From the IMG/VR virus record IMGVR_UViG_3300013093_000020: a stretch of 64,000 nucleotides of DNA; one strand, given 5' to 3'. The notes under the pieces were generated by a model. It was not told the origin of the DNA. It was given only the letters and a program-made list of their open reading frames with translations, and did no database searches. This DNA comes from a virus. Both the position numbers and the translations under genes were made by a program. Position 1 is the first letter of the stretch, and every line of letters starts with the position of its first letter. Below, in pieces: positions 26,737-36,394 of the stretch.

Positions 26737-27711
26737 TTACTTCTGACGATTGCGAATCATTGCCAAGATGTCTTGGGCACGACTATCGCCTGCAGCCGCA
26801 TCAGCTTTTGGTGCTGGTGCTGTAGTAGTTTTAGCTACTGATGCGGGCTCATCATCACCGCTATCATCATTAGATGATACTCTAGGAGTTGCTTTATTTG
26901 GATCGCCAGTATTTTGGCTCATTCCAGCTGGTTTGAAATATTGACCCCAACGATCCATATCAAACGCTTCGCCTTCTACGCTGGCGTCGAACATTTCTTT
27001 CATAACCTTGAGTTCAACCTCAGTTGGTTTCTTAGGTAAGAAATCGCTTAGATTAAACAGGCCATGTTGTTTAATTGCTGCCTGTTCAGTGTCGTCTAGA
27101 GGACGCTCACGACGGCTCCAGCTTGATGTTGAATAATCAGCATAACCGCCTTTGCTACCTTTCTTCATACGGAAATCAATTCCGTGTACATAATCAGTTG
27201 GCAAATCTTCTAATTCTGGATCCATCAAAGCTGACTGGATTAGTTTGAAAATCTGGGGACCGATAATGAAACGACGAATTGGATTTTCTGCCTTTTCTTG
27301 TTCCTTTAAGCCGTCTTCGACAACAAAGCCTTGGAAAATGTATGAACGCTTTTTCCAATACTTACGACCCATTTCTTCTAGACTTGGGTCTTTGAACCAT
27401 GGACGAACTTCACTTAGGATCGGACATACTGAACCATCGTTATACATTTCAACGCAAGGTACTTGTACTGTTACTGCTTTGCTATCAGACTCACCTTTAA
27501 TTCCAGCGAATGGCAATTTGATCATTGCTCGTTCTGCCCAGAAAAAAGTGTTATTTTCGTTACCGTCGGGTAAGAATCTTAGAATTGATTCTCCGCCTTC
27601 TTTTAGATTCCAGAATGGATATATTGAATTGTCGCCGCTTGAGCGATTGTTGTCTGAACCGCGCGATTCAGCTTCTTTTAATTTTGCGCGAATTTCTGCC
27701 AAAGTTGCCAT
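26737..27711 (-). CDS. gp32: Single-stranded DNA-binding protein (T4 gp32-like)
   Basis: LRFLPDG, CP, RKYWKKRSY, DF..KK..KGGYADYSTS; acidic/low-complexity C-tail; next to uvsX. Confidence 0.92.
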   Translation of the reverse strand: MATLAEIRAKLKEAESRGSDNNRSSGDNSIYPFWNLKEGGESILRFLPDGNENNTFFWAERAMIKLPFAGIKGESDSKAVTVQVPCVEMYNDGSVCPILSEVRPWFKDPSLEEMGRKYWKKRSYIFQGFVVEDGLKEQEKAENPIRRFIIGPQIFKLIQSALMDPELEDLPTDYVHGIDFRMKKGSKGGYADYSTSSWSRRERPLDDTEQAAIKQHGLFNLSDFLPKKPTEVELKVMKEMFDASVEGEAFDMDRWGQYFKPAGMSQNTGDPNKATPRVSSNDDSGDDEPASVAKTTTAPAPKADAAAGDSRAQDILAMIRNRQK

Positions 27712-27775
27712 AATAATTCTCCTGTATTAGCCTTTGTGTGCTTTATGTGCCTATTATTTGTCTTAGAACCTACTA

Positions 27776-27827
27776 AAACAAAAAAGTGCATATACCTAAG
27801 TATACGCACTTTTATTTATATCTGCAA
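27776..27827 (-). promoter_or_regulatory. Overlapping terminator hairpin, late promoter and sigma70 promoter upstream of gp32
   Basis: AAAAGTGCGTATAC-TTAG-GTATATGCACTTTTTT hairpin; TATAAATA at 27813-27820; TTGCAG-17-TATACT at 27827-27799. Confidence 0.7.
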
Positions 27828-27854
27828 GTTTAATTTTGCCTAAATCTGAATAAT

Positions 27855-30068
27855 TTATCTGGATAATTGAATTATTCTTGCCAATATAGGATCGTCTGTA
27901 TAGCTGATGCTTTCATGTTGTGGATAGCTATCGGGATTTTCCTCAAACTCTCTCGATGTATCTTGTCCACTTAAATGCATTATGTCGCCCAAATCATCGT
28001 CGCGGTGATGTGTATTACTCGGTGGATCAATTTCATCAATCTTATGGAATACTTGTTCCATTTCATCGCAAGCAGGTTCCCCGTGTTCATCACACATGTC
28101 TGGAAACTCCTTAGCCAACATAATTTTCACACGCTGACCGCCTAGTGGGAATTTGCCTTTTTCCTGGTCAAGGAACCCGGACACAAATTTCCAAATACCT
28201 TCTGGTGTTGTAGTATCATCATATCCAAAATCTTGTGGCTCCATTCCTGCTTCAGCAATAATTTCAGCAATAGTTCTAACTTTATCACCAAAATCTAATT
28301 TCGTTTCTAGTTTGGCGCCTGCCTTCTTAGCTTTTTCAACTGCCTGCTTGATACCCCGTTGTGCGAGATCTTTGGCATGGCTGTGTGCTGTATGTTTAGC
28401 GCCACTTTTGTCAACAACATCGCCTTTGGCTTTTCTGTATGGTGGATCAAATGGGATATCGTCTTTCTCTTCAGCGACGGGTGTCGGAGTTGGAGGAACT
28501 CCGCCTGCGGCACTAGGATCTGCAGGTGCTGGTTCTGGAGCAGGTGCTGGTTCTGGAGTAGGTGCTGGTTCTGGAGCAGGTTCGGCTGCATCGCTGCCTT
28601 TACCGATACTATCTAAGTCTAGCATATCCAGAATTCCCGGTACTGCTAATAGTTCTTGATGTTGCTCTAGCCAAGAAATCATACTACTTCTTGCATCTAG
28701 ATCTGGTGGCAATTCTGCCAACATATTATAAAATCCTTGACCATGTCCTTCTGGGCTAATGATATCATGCAATACACCTAAGTCTGTTGCACTTGGATAA
28801 TACTCTTTGCTTAAGACTTCGTCTTTTAATTTGTGAGCAGCTGCTTTGGCTACCTCAGGATCGTGGCTGAATAAATCATGATTCTCAGCTAACAAACTCT
28901 CCATAAATGCTTCATACTGATCTTCTGGATCAATACTTTCTTTCTTGTGACTCTTATAGCCTTTGTTTTTCATCCAGTTAGCTAGTGCATATGGATTATC
29001 AATTTCTGTATGCTTCTTCATACCTTTGACGGTGCCTTCCCATCCTTTTGGTGCTTTTTCGGCAAGCAAGTCGTCGGCATTAATTTCAATCACTGGTAAT
29101 TCTGATTCGTCAATAAATTTATAAATGTAGGGAAATACATCTTTTAAATCTTCATTAAAGGTACGGATTGTTAATCTATCAACTAGATCATTTACAATAT
29201 CTTCTGGAATTATTTGAGCCTCGGTTTCTTCAAAACTTTCAGCAAATGTTTCATAGTAACCAGTTTTTTGTAATTGCTGTACTTCACTCTTAATATCGTC
29301 AATTCTATCTGCTACGCGACTAGTAACATTACTCATGGCTTCGGATAATTGATCCTGGCGGCTAACAAAATTTTTAAATTTGCGTAGACTAGCCAATTCT
29401 TCACTTAGGCCCGTAATATATTTTCCAATACCATCATATGGATGACCGCCATGTTTAATATGTTCAGCTAGAGCGCGAGCCCCATTAATATGTTTTGCTG
29501 GATAGCGGAATCGTTCGCCTTGTGCATTTTCAATATAAATGCTATCAATATGCATCGAGCGCCCTGCGGCTAATTCAGTATTAATAGGTTGAGTGTGTTT
29601 GATTACTAAGCGAGCTTCGCCTAGATCTTGGTAACTAATTCTACTAGTACCATACAACTTGTTTTCCATGATGGGTTCTTCCTTGCGTTTAGCCTGAAAC
29701 TTGTAGTCTCTTTTATCTAAATTACTCTTACCTAGATTTTGTATATCAAAATTTAATAGGCGATCTTTTGCAAAACTTCTAAATGATCTAATAAATTTAT
29801 AAGCTCCACGATGTGGGTTGCCATTTTTATCATTTACTAGGTCGCCGCTGACTTGTACTACTACACCTTCCTTTTCATCTAAGGTGATAGCAATAGTACC
29901 CAGTGGTTTTTCATTTTCTACATATTCAAATTCAAAAAAACGAGTCTTAGGAATATCATCCTTTTTACTCAAAACTTCAGCATTTTCATCACCGATTTTA
30001 ATGTCTTTGAAACGGGTCTGTATTTTACCGTATAGTTCTTTAGCAATGGCGTCGAGATTAGTGTTCAT
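27855..30068 (-). CDS. Large acidic head-associated protein (prohead core/internal protein candidate)
   Basis: ORF 27855..30098; ATG 30068 is 4 nt after TAAATA; Glu-rich with many LxE/FxE sites, PEPAPA linker, C-terminal LARIIQLS. Confidence 0.6.
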   Translation of the reverse strand: MNTNLDAIAKELYGKIQTRFKDIKIGDENAEVLSKKDDIPKTRFFEFEYVENEKPLGTIAITLDEKEGVVVQVSGDLVNDKNGNPHRGAYKFIRSFRSFAKDRLLNFDIQNLGKSNLDKRDYKFQAKRKEEPIMENKLYGTSRISYQDLGEARLVIKHTQPINTELAAGRSMHIDSIYIENAQGERFRYPAKHINGARALAEHIKHGGHPYDGIGKYITGLSEELASLRKFKNFVSRQDQLSEAMSNVTSRVADRIDDIKSEVQQLQKTGYYETFAESFEETEAQIIPEDIVNDLVDRLTIRTFNEDLKDVFPYIYKFIDESELPVIEINADDLLAEKAPKGWEGTVKGMKKHTEIDNPYALANWMKNKGYKSHKKESIDPEDQYEAFMESLLAENHDLFSHDPEVAKAAAHKLKDEVLSKEYYPSATDLGVLHDIISPEGHGQGFYNMLAELPPDLDARSSMISWLEQHQELLAVPGILDMLDLDSIGKGSDAAEPAPEPAPTPEPAPAPEPAPADPSAAGGVPPTPTPVAEEKDDIPFDPPYRKAKGDVVDKSGAKHTAHSHAKDLAQRGIKQAVEKAKKAGAKLETKLDFGDKVRTIAEIIAEAGMEPQDFGYDDTTTPEGIWKFVSGFLDQEKGKFPLGGQRVKIMLAKEFPDMCDEHGEPACDEMEQVFHKIDEIDPPSNTHHRDDDLGDIMHLSGQDTSREFEENPDSYPQHESISYTDDPILARIIQLSR
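28522..28580. repeat. 18-bp tandem repeat encoding a PEPAP(A/T) linker
   Basis: G(C/T)AGGTGCTGGTTCTGGA x3. Confidence 0.9.
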
Positions 30069-30078
30069 GTAATATTTA

Positions 30079-31674
30079 TCATATATGTGACGAAACAAAT
30101 ATGGGCAACGGAGCTACATAGTCTTCATCGAAACCGTCACCGCTGCTTATTGTATCAAAAACTTCGGGATCCCACTCACTTAGTACAGCAGACATTCGTA
30201 CTATAAGTAGACTTGCGCTGACAAGATCATCATGGTTTCCTTCCTTGGCCTTAAATGTCACACCTTGGGCAGTATAACCTTTAAGTTCGCTAATAAATGG
30301 TTTGCTGTAGATTTTCATCTTGTTTTCTTCAATGAGAAACTTGAGCCTACTACAAGCTGATATTTTAGTCGAATGTGTTGTATTAAATCCTTTACGGAAT
30401 TTGCGAACATGTCCCTTTCGAGCAGGTTCGCTTAAGAATAAACCTGGAAAACTTTCTTCTCCTAGATCAGATATAACAATTAGGGCAGCTTCCCCGACGG
30501 TGTTATTTTCAACACTCCAATAGATTTTGTTTCTGTTTTCTGCACCTATCTGATCGTGTATATAATTTATTATATCTCGAAATATTTTAACTTGTCCCTG
30601 CACTGGTGTGATATTATGATGCCATTCGGCGCACTGTGTCATACTCGGTAATTCAAATACTTGTATACCCGCGTAATCCCCGCCTGTACCTAAACTAGGA
30701 TCTAAGGAAATTAGATATATGTTTCCAGGAGTAGGTTTTTTATACCAACGGACTTGCCCCATCCTAAAGATAGGATCTTTACCAGTCATTTCAGCTAGTT
30801 TAAGACTGCTAACTAATGTTTCGTCATAGACTAAGAATTCACATCCATACTCTCGACGGAATCTTTCTTCGCCGATACGACCCATTTCAGCCCTTTTCCA
30901 TTCTTCATCTCGATCTGGGTGCTCATGCCACTCAGCGAGAAATCCAAAAAATCCGTTGATACCTGTACCATCTGTTTTTTCTTCTCCGAACTCGTCAAAT
31001 TTATTTTGACTTTCCTTCCATATGGTGGCAAATGTATCTTCGTCACTATTTGGCGTTGATGTAATAATTGCTTTACCGCCAGTAGCTAGTGTAGGTGAAA
31101 TTGAAGTCCAAAATTCTTCAGCAATATTAGGTTGCACAAATGCAAACTCATCACAGTATAGTAGTGATATGGACATACCACGACCAGTAGTGCCTGTGGT
31201 TGTTTGGCTTACTATACGGCTACCATTATCAAATTCTATACTGCCTTTATTATAACTTACTACTCCGCTACGAATATAATCTGGGCAAAGCTCATATCCA
31301 TAGCGTATGCGTTGCATAATTTCCTGTGCGCCTGTGTATTTGTGTGCGGCTACTAATACTGTTTGATCAGGATGGAACATGGCATACCATAACAAGTATG
31401 CAGATGCACATGTAGTCTTACCACTCTGACGGGGCAACATGTTTATGTTAAATCTATGTCCATGATAACTATCTAGTAATCTTTCCTGGTAGCTAAAAGG
31501 TTCAAATAATAGTTTACCTTTTACCGGATGTTGAATGTGAAAGAAATTTTTAGCAAAATAATGATGACCTGTTAGGTCATCAGAACACATCATCAGATCT
31601 GTTAACTGCTGTTCTGTAAATTTTTCTTTTGTATGCGCCTTTTTAGTTAAGACGCCATCTAAGCTCTTTGACAT
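30079..31674 (-). CDS. gp17: Terminase large subunit (T4 gp17-like)
   Basis: PRQSGKTT Walker A, LYCDEFAF Walker B, ITSTPN, FRREYGCEF, nuclease DPSLG..GD, ENN, HDDLV. Confidence 0.97.
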   Translation of the reverse strand: MSKSLDGVLTKKAHTKEKFTEQQLTDLMMCSDDLTGHHYFAKNFFHIQHPVKGKLLFEPFSYQERLLDSYHGHRFNINMLPRQSGKTTCASAYLLWYAMFHPDQTVLVAAHKYTGAQEIMQRIRYGYELCPDYIRSGVVSYNKGSIEFDNGSRIVSQTTTGTTGRGMSISLLYCDEFAFVQPNIAEEFWTSISPTLATGGKAIITSTPNSDEDTFATIWKESQNKFDEFGEEKTDGTGINGFFGFLAEWHEHPDRDEEWKRAEMGRIGEERFRREYGCEFLVYDETLVSSLKLAEMTGKDPIFRMGQVRWYKKPTPGNIYLISLDPSLGTGGDYAGIQVFELPSMTQCAEWHHNITPVQGQVKIFRDIINYIHDQIGAENRNKIYWSVENNTVGEAALIVISDLGEESFPGLFLSEPARKGHVRKFRKGFNTTHSTKISACSRLKFLIEENKMKIYSKPFISELKGYTAQGVTFKAKEGNHDDLVSASLLIVRMSAVLSEWDPEVFDTISSGDGFDEDYVAPLPIFVSSHI

Positions 31675-31687
31675 GCTGTTATTTACA

Positions 31688-31717
31688 CAAAAAAATAGAC
31701 CCCTTGGGGTCTATTTG
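31688..31717 (-). terminator. Rho-independent terminator
   Basis: AAATAGACCC-CAAG-GGGTCTATTTTTTT on -. Confidence 0.85.
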
Positions 31718-31751
31718 GCACCTTGGACAGGGTGCTAACTGCGACGAATTT

Positions 31752-32738
31752 TTATCGTTCCATACGAGCATTATAATCGTTACGCATTTGTTCATCACGA
31801 TCATTCATAGCTTTTAGTCTTTTCTTAGCAGATTCATCGCCTGCTTTTGCTTTCTTTTCAAGTTCTGCTCTATGACTTGCCTTAATTCCACGAGCATGTT
31901 CTGCCCCTGCTGAATTAGGATTATATGCTTCATCATATTTGTTATACTTGTCACGGACTTTGTCTAAGTCTTTGCCTTCCTTACCAGCTTTAGCAAGTGC
32001 TTTCATACCTTCTTTACCGTATTTCATAACACCTTTAGCAGCACGGCTCATTGTTCTTTTTTCACCGTCCGCTTCTTTAATAGACTGATAATGATCAGTT
32101 AGCCTCTGCACCAATGCCTCCATCTTAGGAGCACCGCGAACTAGTGTATTCTGACGTTGTGCATGCGATCCAAGATTACCGGAAAGATCATCTCCGCTTT
32201 GGGTTATCTTTTCAATGCCGTATGTTATCGGATGTGGTTCATTATTCCATTCTTCTTCAGTTGGACTATATTTCTGTGGATGGTCATCCGGTAGTGTTTC
32301 AGTATGTAGTACATCACCACCGTGTGCATCTGTAGGACTAAAGTCGTCTTCATTACCAGGAATATCCATAGCACCGCCCACTTCATCAACTCCGTGACCC
32401 TGTTGGATAGCTTGTAATTTTTGCAACAAATCTCTAATTTCAGGATGTGCCTGCATTAGTTTTTCTTCTTCTGCAGGATTTTTTGGTATGATCCAATTTT
32501 TATCATCTTGCGGAATCTGCCAATTAGGTTCACCTTGTGCATCTAACTCACCTGGGTGAACATCTAAAGTTTGATCAGGATTTTCTTCACCTAAACTTAA
32601 ATGGCCACTATCTCCTGTTTCTGCAGGTGTTGCAGGAACGCTCGGAGTTGTTCCTATAGCCTGTACTGGTGGTTGCATAGATTCACTAACTGGTTTATCT
32701 AACGCACTTATCTTTACTAATAAATCTTGAAAATTCAT
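31752..32738 (-). CDS. Charged low-complexity protein, probable internal head protein
   Basis: Acidic N-half and basic C-half (GKEGMKALAKAGKEG); head-gene context. Confidence 0.6.
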   Translation of the reverse strand: MNFQDLLVKISALDKPVSESMQPPVQAIGTTPSVPATPAETGDSGHLSLGEENPDQTLDVHPGELDAQGEPNWQIPQDDKNWIIPKNPAEEEKLMQAHPEIRDLLQKLQAIQQGHGVDEVGGAMDIPGNEDDFSPTDAHGGDVLHTETLPDDHPQKYSPTEEEWNNEPHPITYGIEKITQSGDDLSGNLGSHAQRQNTLVRGAPKMEALVQRLTDHYQSIKEADGEKRTMSRAAKGVMKYGKEGMKALAKAGKEGKDLDKVRDKYNKYDEAYNPNSAGAEHARGIKASHRAELEKKAKAGDESAKKRLKAMNDRDEQMRNDYNARMER

Positions 32739-33364
32739 TATCTTGCTCCCTTAGTTGGATCGGGTACTTTGACCTGCTTGGTAAAAAGATTCTTAATATT
32801 AATCTTTGATTCTACTTGTTTAGCAGGAGTTTCGCCGCTGTGTTGAGGAGCACCTTTAGCTAGGATATGATCATTAACTCCAGTATACTGCTCGCCTTCA
32901 TGCTTAGTTTTTGCTAATTCTTTTAAAAATGTCATGACCCATTTATCACCGACCATGTCTTGATGATTGCTTTCTTCATAGTCTTTACCTAGCAATGCTT
33001 CTTCGGTCGGCTCTGCATGCTCATGATTAATTTCAATCTCGTCTTGTTCTTTTAGATTACGGACTTTGATCCTATCTTCGGCAATTTTTAATTTTGATGC
33101 TATTTCATTTCGAACTTGCATACTAGTTGCGGGATATGATGTAACAATGTCAAAAATGGTAACATTGGTGTTTTTATGCTCAGGAAAGTCCATGTGCATC
33201 TCTGCTATAGGCAAACGCTTGCCGGCAGAACAGCTAACAACTCTAAACACATCGAGTGCTCTGGCGATGTCTTTGTTAAAGCTTCGGTCTAAATCTCCGG
33301 CAATTTTTATCTTAAATTCGTAGATTTTATGGCTATCTTGCAAGTATACTGAAAATGGTTTCAT
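32738..33364 (-). CDS. Hypothetical late protein (208 aa)
   Basis: TAAATA at 33384-33389 and AGGA SD. Confidence 0.75.
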   Translation of the reverse strand: MKPFSVYLQDSHKIYEFKIKIAGDLDRSFNKDIARALDVFRVVSCSAGKRLPIAEMHMDFPEHKNTNVTIFDIVTSYPATSMQVRNEIASKLKIAEDRIKVRNLKEQDEIEINHEHAEPTEEALLGKDYEESNHQDMVGDKWVMTFLKELAKTKHEGEQYTGVNDHILAKGAPQHSGETPAKQVESKINIKNLFTKQVKVPDPTKGAR

Positions 33365-33386
33365 AAGTGTAATCCTAGTACTATAT

Positions 33387-33866
33387 TTATTTCATATTCT
33401 TTAATTTTTCTAGTAGGCTATTACGATCGCTAACAATAAAGCCATCCCCTGGAATCGTAACACTATCATCTACACTAGTTGATTCTTGGTCTAACTTTAG
33501 TTTTTTAAGCTGTAGATCGACCATTTTTAATTTTTTATCTAATTTAGCACTCTTAGCACTGATCGCATGACCTAGCATGCTAGCTGCAACTTCAAACAGG
33601 CGGCCACTGAATCTAGCTTCAACATTCATACCTAAATCCATAATATCGTCATAGGCGTCTTCGGCTTTTTTTGCCAGTGCATCTAGTTCTTGATCACCTA
33701 AATCACCTAGACCTTTCACTTGCGGCAATGCAGCTGAAATTTTATCAAACTCAGCCATATTCCTTAAAAATGGTTCAGGTTTAGGTGGAATAATTTTTTG
33801 CTCATCAGCTTTGATAATTTTTTTACTATCAGGTAGATTGAGAATTTCTTCAAGTTTCTTTGTCAT
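33387..33866 (-). CDS. Putative terminase small subunit (gp16-like)
   Basis: Helical 159 aa; RLFEVAASML resembles the gp16 R..EV...L segment; near gp17; TAAGTA 5 nt before the ATG. Confidence 0.55.
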   Translation of the reverse strand: MTKKLEEILNLPDSKKIIKADEQKIIPPKPEPFLRNMAEFDKISAALPQVKGLGDLGDQELDALAKKAEDAYDDIMDLGMNVEARFSGRLFEVAASMLGHAISAKSAKLDKKLKMVDLQLKKLKLDQESTSVDDSVTIPGDGFIVSDRNSLLEKLKNMK

Positions 33867-33874
33867 GTTATTAC

Positions 33875-34312
33875 TTATGCCATTCCGCCTTGGTGGAAAA
33901 TATCATTTTCATTAATTACTCTAAAAACAATATTTTGTTGTTTACACCAATGTTGTGCGCTAGCCCATTTGGCTTGATTTTTTACAAACTGAGCTTGATT
34001 ATATTTGTTCTTGCCGACTCGTTCAAGTATTGTTTGACTAGCAGGTTTAATTTCAATTAGCTCAACGTGTTGTTTTCCAAATTTATCAACATACTGGATG
34101 AAAAAATCCGGTACATAGACAGTTTGTCTGCCAGATAGCGGATCTCTATAGGGTATTTGTACTGCTTCACTGGCCCATTTAAGAATGCTTTCATTAGTAT
34201 CACACATACGCATGAAGTGCCATTCCCAACTGCTACGATATATCGGAACCTTGTTACCGACATATTTTTCAGGATGTGTTAGTTGGAATCTGCCACGAGC
34301 AAATTTTGCCAT
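33875..34312 (-). CDS. gp4: Head completion nuclease (T4 gp4-like, TnsA-like PD-(D/E)xK)
   Basis: PEKYVG, YRSSWE, WASE..IPY, YVPDF, IEIKP, NQAKW. Confidence 0.92.
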   Translation of the reverse strand: MAKFARGRFQLTHPEKYVGNKVPIYRSSWEWHFMRMCDTNESILKWASEAVQIPYRDPLSGRQTVYVPDFFIQYVDKFGKQHVELIEIKPASQTILERVGKNKYNQAQFVKNQAKWASAQHWCKQQNIVFRVINENDIFHQGGMA

Positions 34313-34313
34313 G

Positions 34314-34682
34314 TTACACCAAGATATTTCTAGACTCGTACAAATTTGAAACAGGTGCTATCCTATATCCTAGCAGGCTAGTTTTTTCTCTATAACTGTT
34401 TAAAATTTGTGCAACAACTTGGCTTAATGCAAGATCATTAAGGCCTTTAAGTGTATCTACCACAGACATGACGTTGACATTTTCTGACTTGGCTTGATTT
34501 AATAAAACTATGGCTGTGCTACGGGCACTAGATGGATCAAATCCTTTTTTCGTAAAGAACCCTACTACTGCATCTATTTGTTCTGCTGGAAATGTAACTT
34601 GATTTTGATAAAATTTATCAAAGATTTGTTTAACTGCAGAATCACTAGATGTTTGTGTTTGTATTGGTAAATTAGTTTGCAT
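34314..34682 (-). CDS. Hypothetical protein (122 aa)
   Basis: Coupled ORF in the tail/head operon. Confidence 0.75.
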   Translation of the reverse strand: MQTNLPIQTQTSSDSAVKQIFDKFYQNQVTFPAEQIDAVVGFFTKKGFDPSSARSTAIVLLNQAKSENVNVMSVVDTLKGLNDLALSQVVAQILNSYREKTSLLGYRIAPVSNLYESRNILV

Positions 34683-34683
34683 A

Positions 34684-35673
34684 TTATGTTAACCTAGTAT
34701 TCTTTGCTTCATTAGGAGTATTAGTATTTGTTGACTGCGGGAATTTAACTCCCTGTGTTCCGTTGACCGGAGCAGAAGTATCACCAGAAGGCTTTACTCC
34801 ATTCACAGGCTGATTAGAGATGGGCAAATTATTTTGATTGTAACTACCGATAGTATCATTGATATTCTGCACAAAATTATATGCATTATCTTTGACTCCT
34901 TGCACATTAGCCCAGGTCGAAGTTCCTGGATTTTCACCGATTAGCGGACTAGGTGTTTGATCATAGTTGGTATCTGCAAATCCTTCTGGATATTCTAAAT
35001 TCATATCTCCTGACGAATACTCAACTGCTTCATATGCTATAGTCATAGTATTGTCAGCTGTAGAATTTTGACCATATTCCATCTTATTATGATTAAATGC
35101 TGTAATAATAGGATTTATAATTTTATAGCAAACAAATTCATGTCTAGCCATCTGATAAATTTTTATATAATTAAAAAATGGATTAGTGCTTCCGTTATCT
35201 AGACCGTATGGTGTGGGCTTTGCACTAGCATAGGCCTGTGTTGCATTCCTAGCAAATGCCCCTGCCACCGCTGCACTATTAGGATCAGCGAAATAGTAGC
35301 TATAATAATTTTGCCATAATTGATTAATAAGACCCATGTTGTCATCATGGAACACTAAATTAATGGGCTTATAACTCTGTATGTATTGGACATTTTTCTT
35401 ACGGTTATATTGATTTAGCGTATCAATTTTAATTTCATAATTAGGTAGATCTGCACTTTTAACTAACATACCTATAGTATTATTATAATTTTGCGATAAT
35501 GTTATTGTTGATAGTGCAGCCTTATTAATACTAAAATAAGTATGGAATAAAAATTTATGCTTAGGTGCAAATTGGAATTGATTATCAACAAATAGTCGAG
35601 CGGCATGCTTCCAGTCTTTTAATACTGTAGTAGATGTTTCTTTTAATAATTGATTAGGTGTAAATCCGGCCAT
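34684..35673 (-). CDS. Tail-tube-fold protein (gp19/gp54/gp48-like baseplate-tube junction)
   Basis: KSADLP, NQYNRK, YKPINLVFHDD, tube-fold pattern ending IAYE; adjacent to gp19. Confidence 0.7.
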   Translation of the reverse strand: MAGFTPNQLLKETSTTVLKDWKHAARLFVDNQFQFAPKHKFLFHTYFSINKAALSTITLSQNYNNTIGMLVKSADLPNYEIKIDTLNQYNRKKNVQYIQSYKPINLVFHDDNMGLINQLWQNYYSYYFADPNSAAVAGAFARNATQAYASAKPTPYGLDNGSTNPFFNYIKIYQMARHEFVCYKIINPIITAFNHNKMEYGQNSTADNTMTIAYEAVEYSSGDMNLEYPEGFADTNYDQTPSPLIGENPGTSTWANVQGVKDNAYNFVQNINDTIGSYNQNNLPISNQPVNGVKPSGDTSAPVNGTQGVKFPQSTNTNTPNEAKNTRLT

Positions 35674-35719
35674 GTAAATATTTAGTGTTAAGAATTAAGT
35701 ATGTAGTTAATGATTAGTC

Positions 35720-35749
35720 ATAAAAAAGCTCGCCTTAGCGAGCTTTTTA
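35720..35749 (-). terminator. Rho-independent terminator after gp19 (potentially bidirectional)
   Basis: TAAAAAAGCTCGC-CTTA-GCGAGCTTTTTTA. Confidence 0.88.
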
Positions 35750-35752
35750 TTA

Positions 35753-36373
35753 TCATATACCGCCGCCAGTTGCGTTGGTACCTATAGTTCTCGATGTTGC
35801 TGCTGCTGCGCCACCACTTGTTTGTAAAGCGTTGTCAAACTGCACAGTTAAAGAAATCATTGCAGGAGTCATTTCACTGTATTTGATTTCACTATAGTCA
35901 ACATCAGTTAGATAGCAACCATAACATTCCCATGTTTCTAAAACATTAGGAGCTAATGCACCGTTACCACCATCAAGCATTTCAATGCGTAGTGTAAACT
36001 TATAGTCGCCACCTGAAGCTGCGCTCGACTGCTCAAAGAAATCAAATTGTTTCTGTAGTTGTTCTCCGACTAGTTTGCTGACAGCACCGGTAACATCGTC
36101 ACGGACCATAACCTTAAGAGGTTGCCATTTTGGTTTACCTGCATAATGGATCTGACTATTGTAAACCTCAATAACTTTGTCTTCAAACTGTACATGAGGG
36201 CGAGCCGCATCTTGTACTTGCTTAGTCATTTCAGTTGTCGGTGTACTTGTACCAAAATTTTCAAAGTTTAATCTGAAGCGATACTTCAGCTTTGGCATCA
36301 ACATACCTTGGCTAGTTGCGCTTTGGTCTGATGCCAGTGGTACTGTAAACTTACTTAATGATGAAATTGCCAT
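35753..36373 (-). CDS. gp19: Tail tube protein (T4 gp19-like)
   Basis: PKLKYRFR, YAGKPKW, RDD, LETWECYGC, ISLTVQFDNA; follows the sheath gene. Confidence 0.9.
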   Translation of the reverse strand: MAISSLSKFTVPLASDQSATSQGMLMPKLKYRFRLNFENFGTSTPTTEMTKQVQDAARPHVQFEDKVIEVYNSQIHYAGKPKWQPLKVMVRDDVTGAVSKLVGEQLQKQFDFFEQSSAASGGDYKFTLRIEMLDGGNGALAPNVLETWECYGCYLTDVDYSEIKYSEMTPAMISLTVQFDNALQTSGGAAAATSRTIGTNATGGGI

Positions 36374-36394
36374 TTAAATATTCTCCGTAATTTA

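Noticed and set aside
12790-31674. Inteins or group I introns in helicase, primase, UvsW, UvsX or terminase
   Set aside because: All have ordinary lengths and contiguous motifs, with no splice-junction or LAGLIDADG signatures
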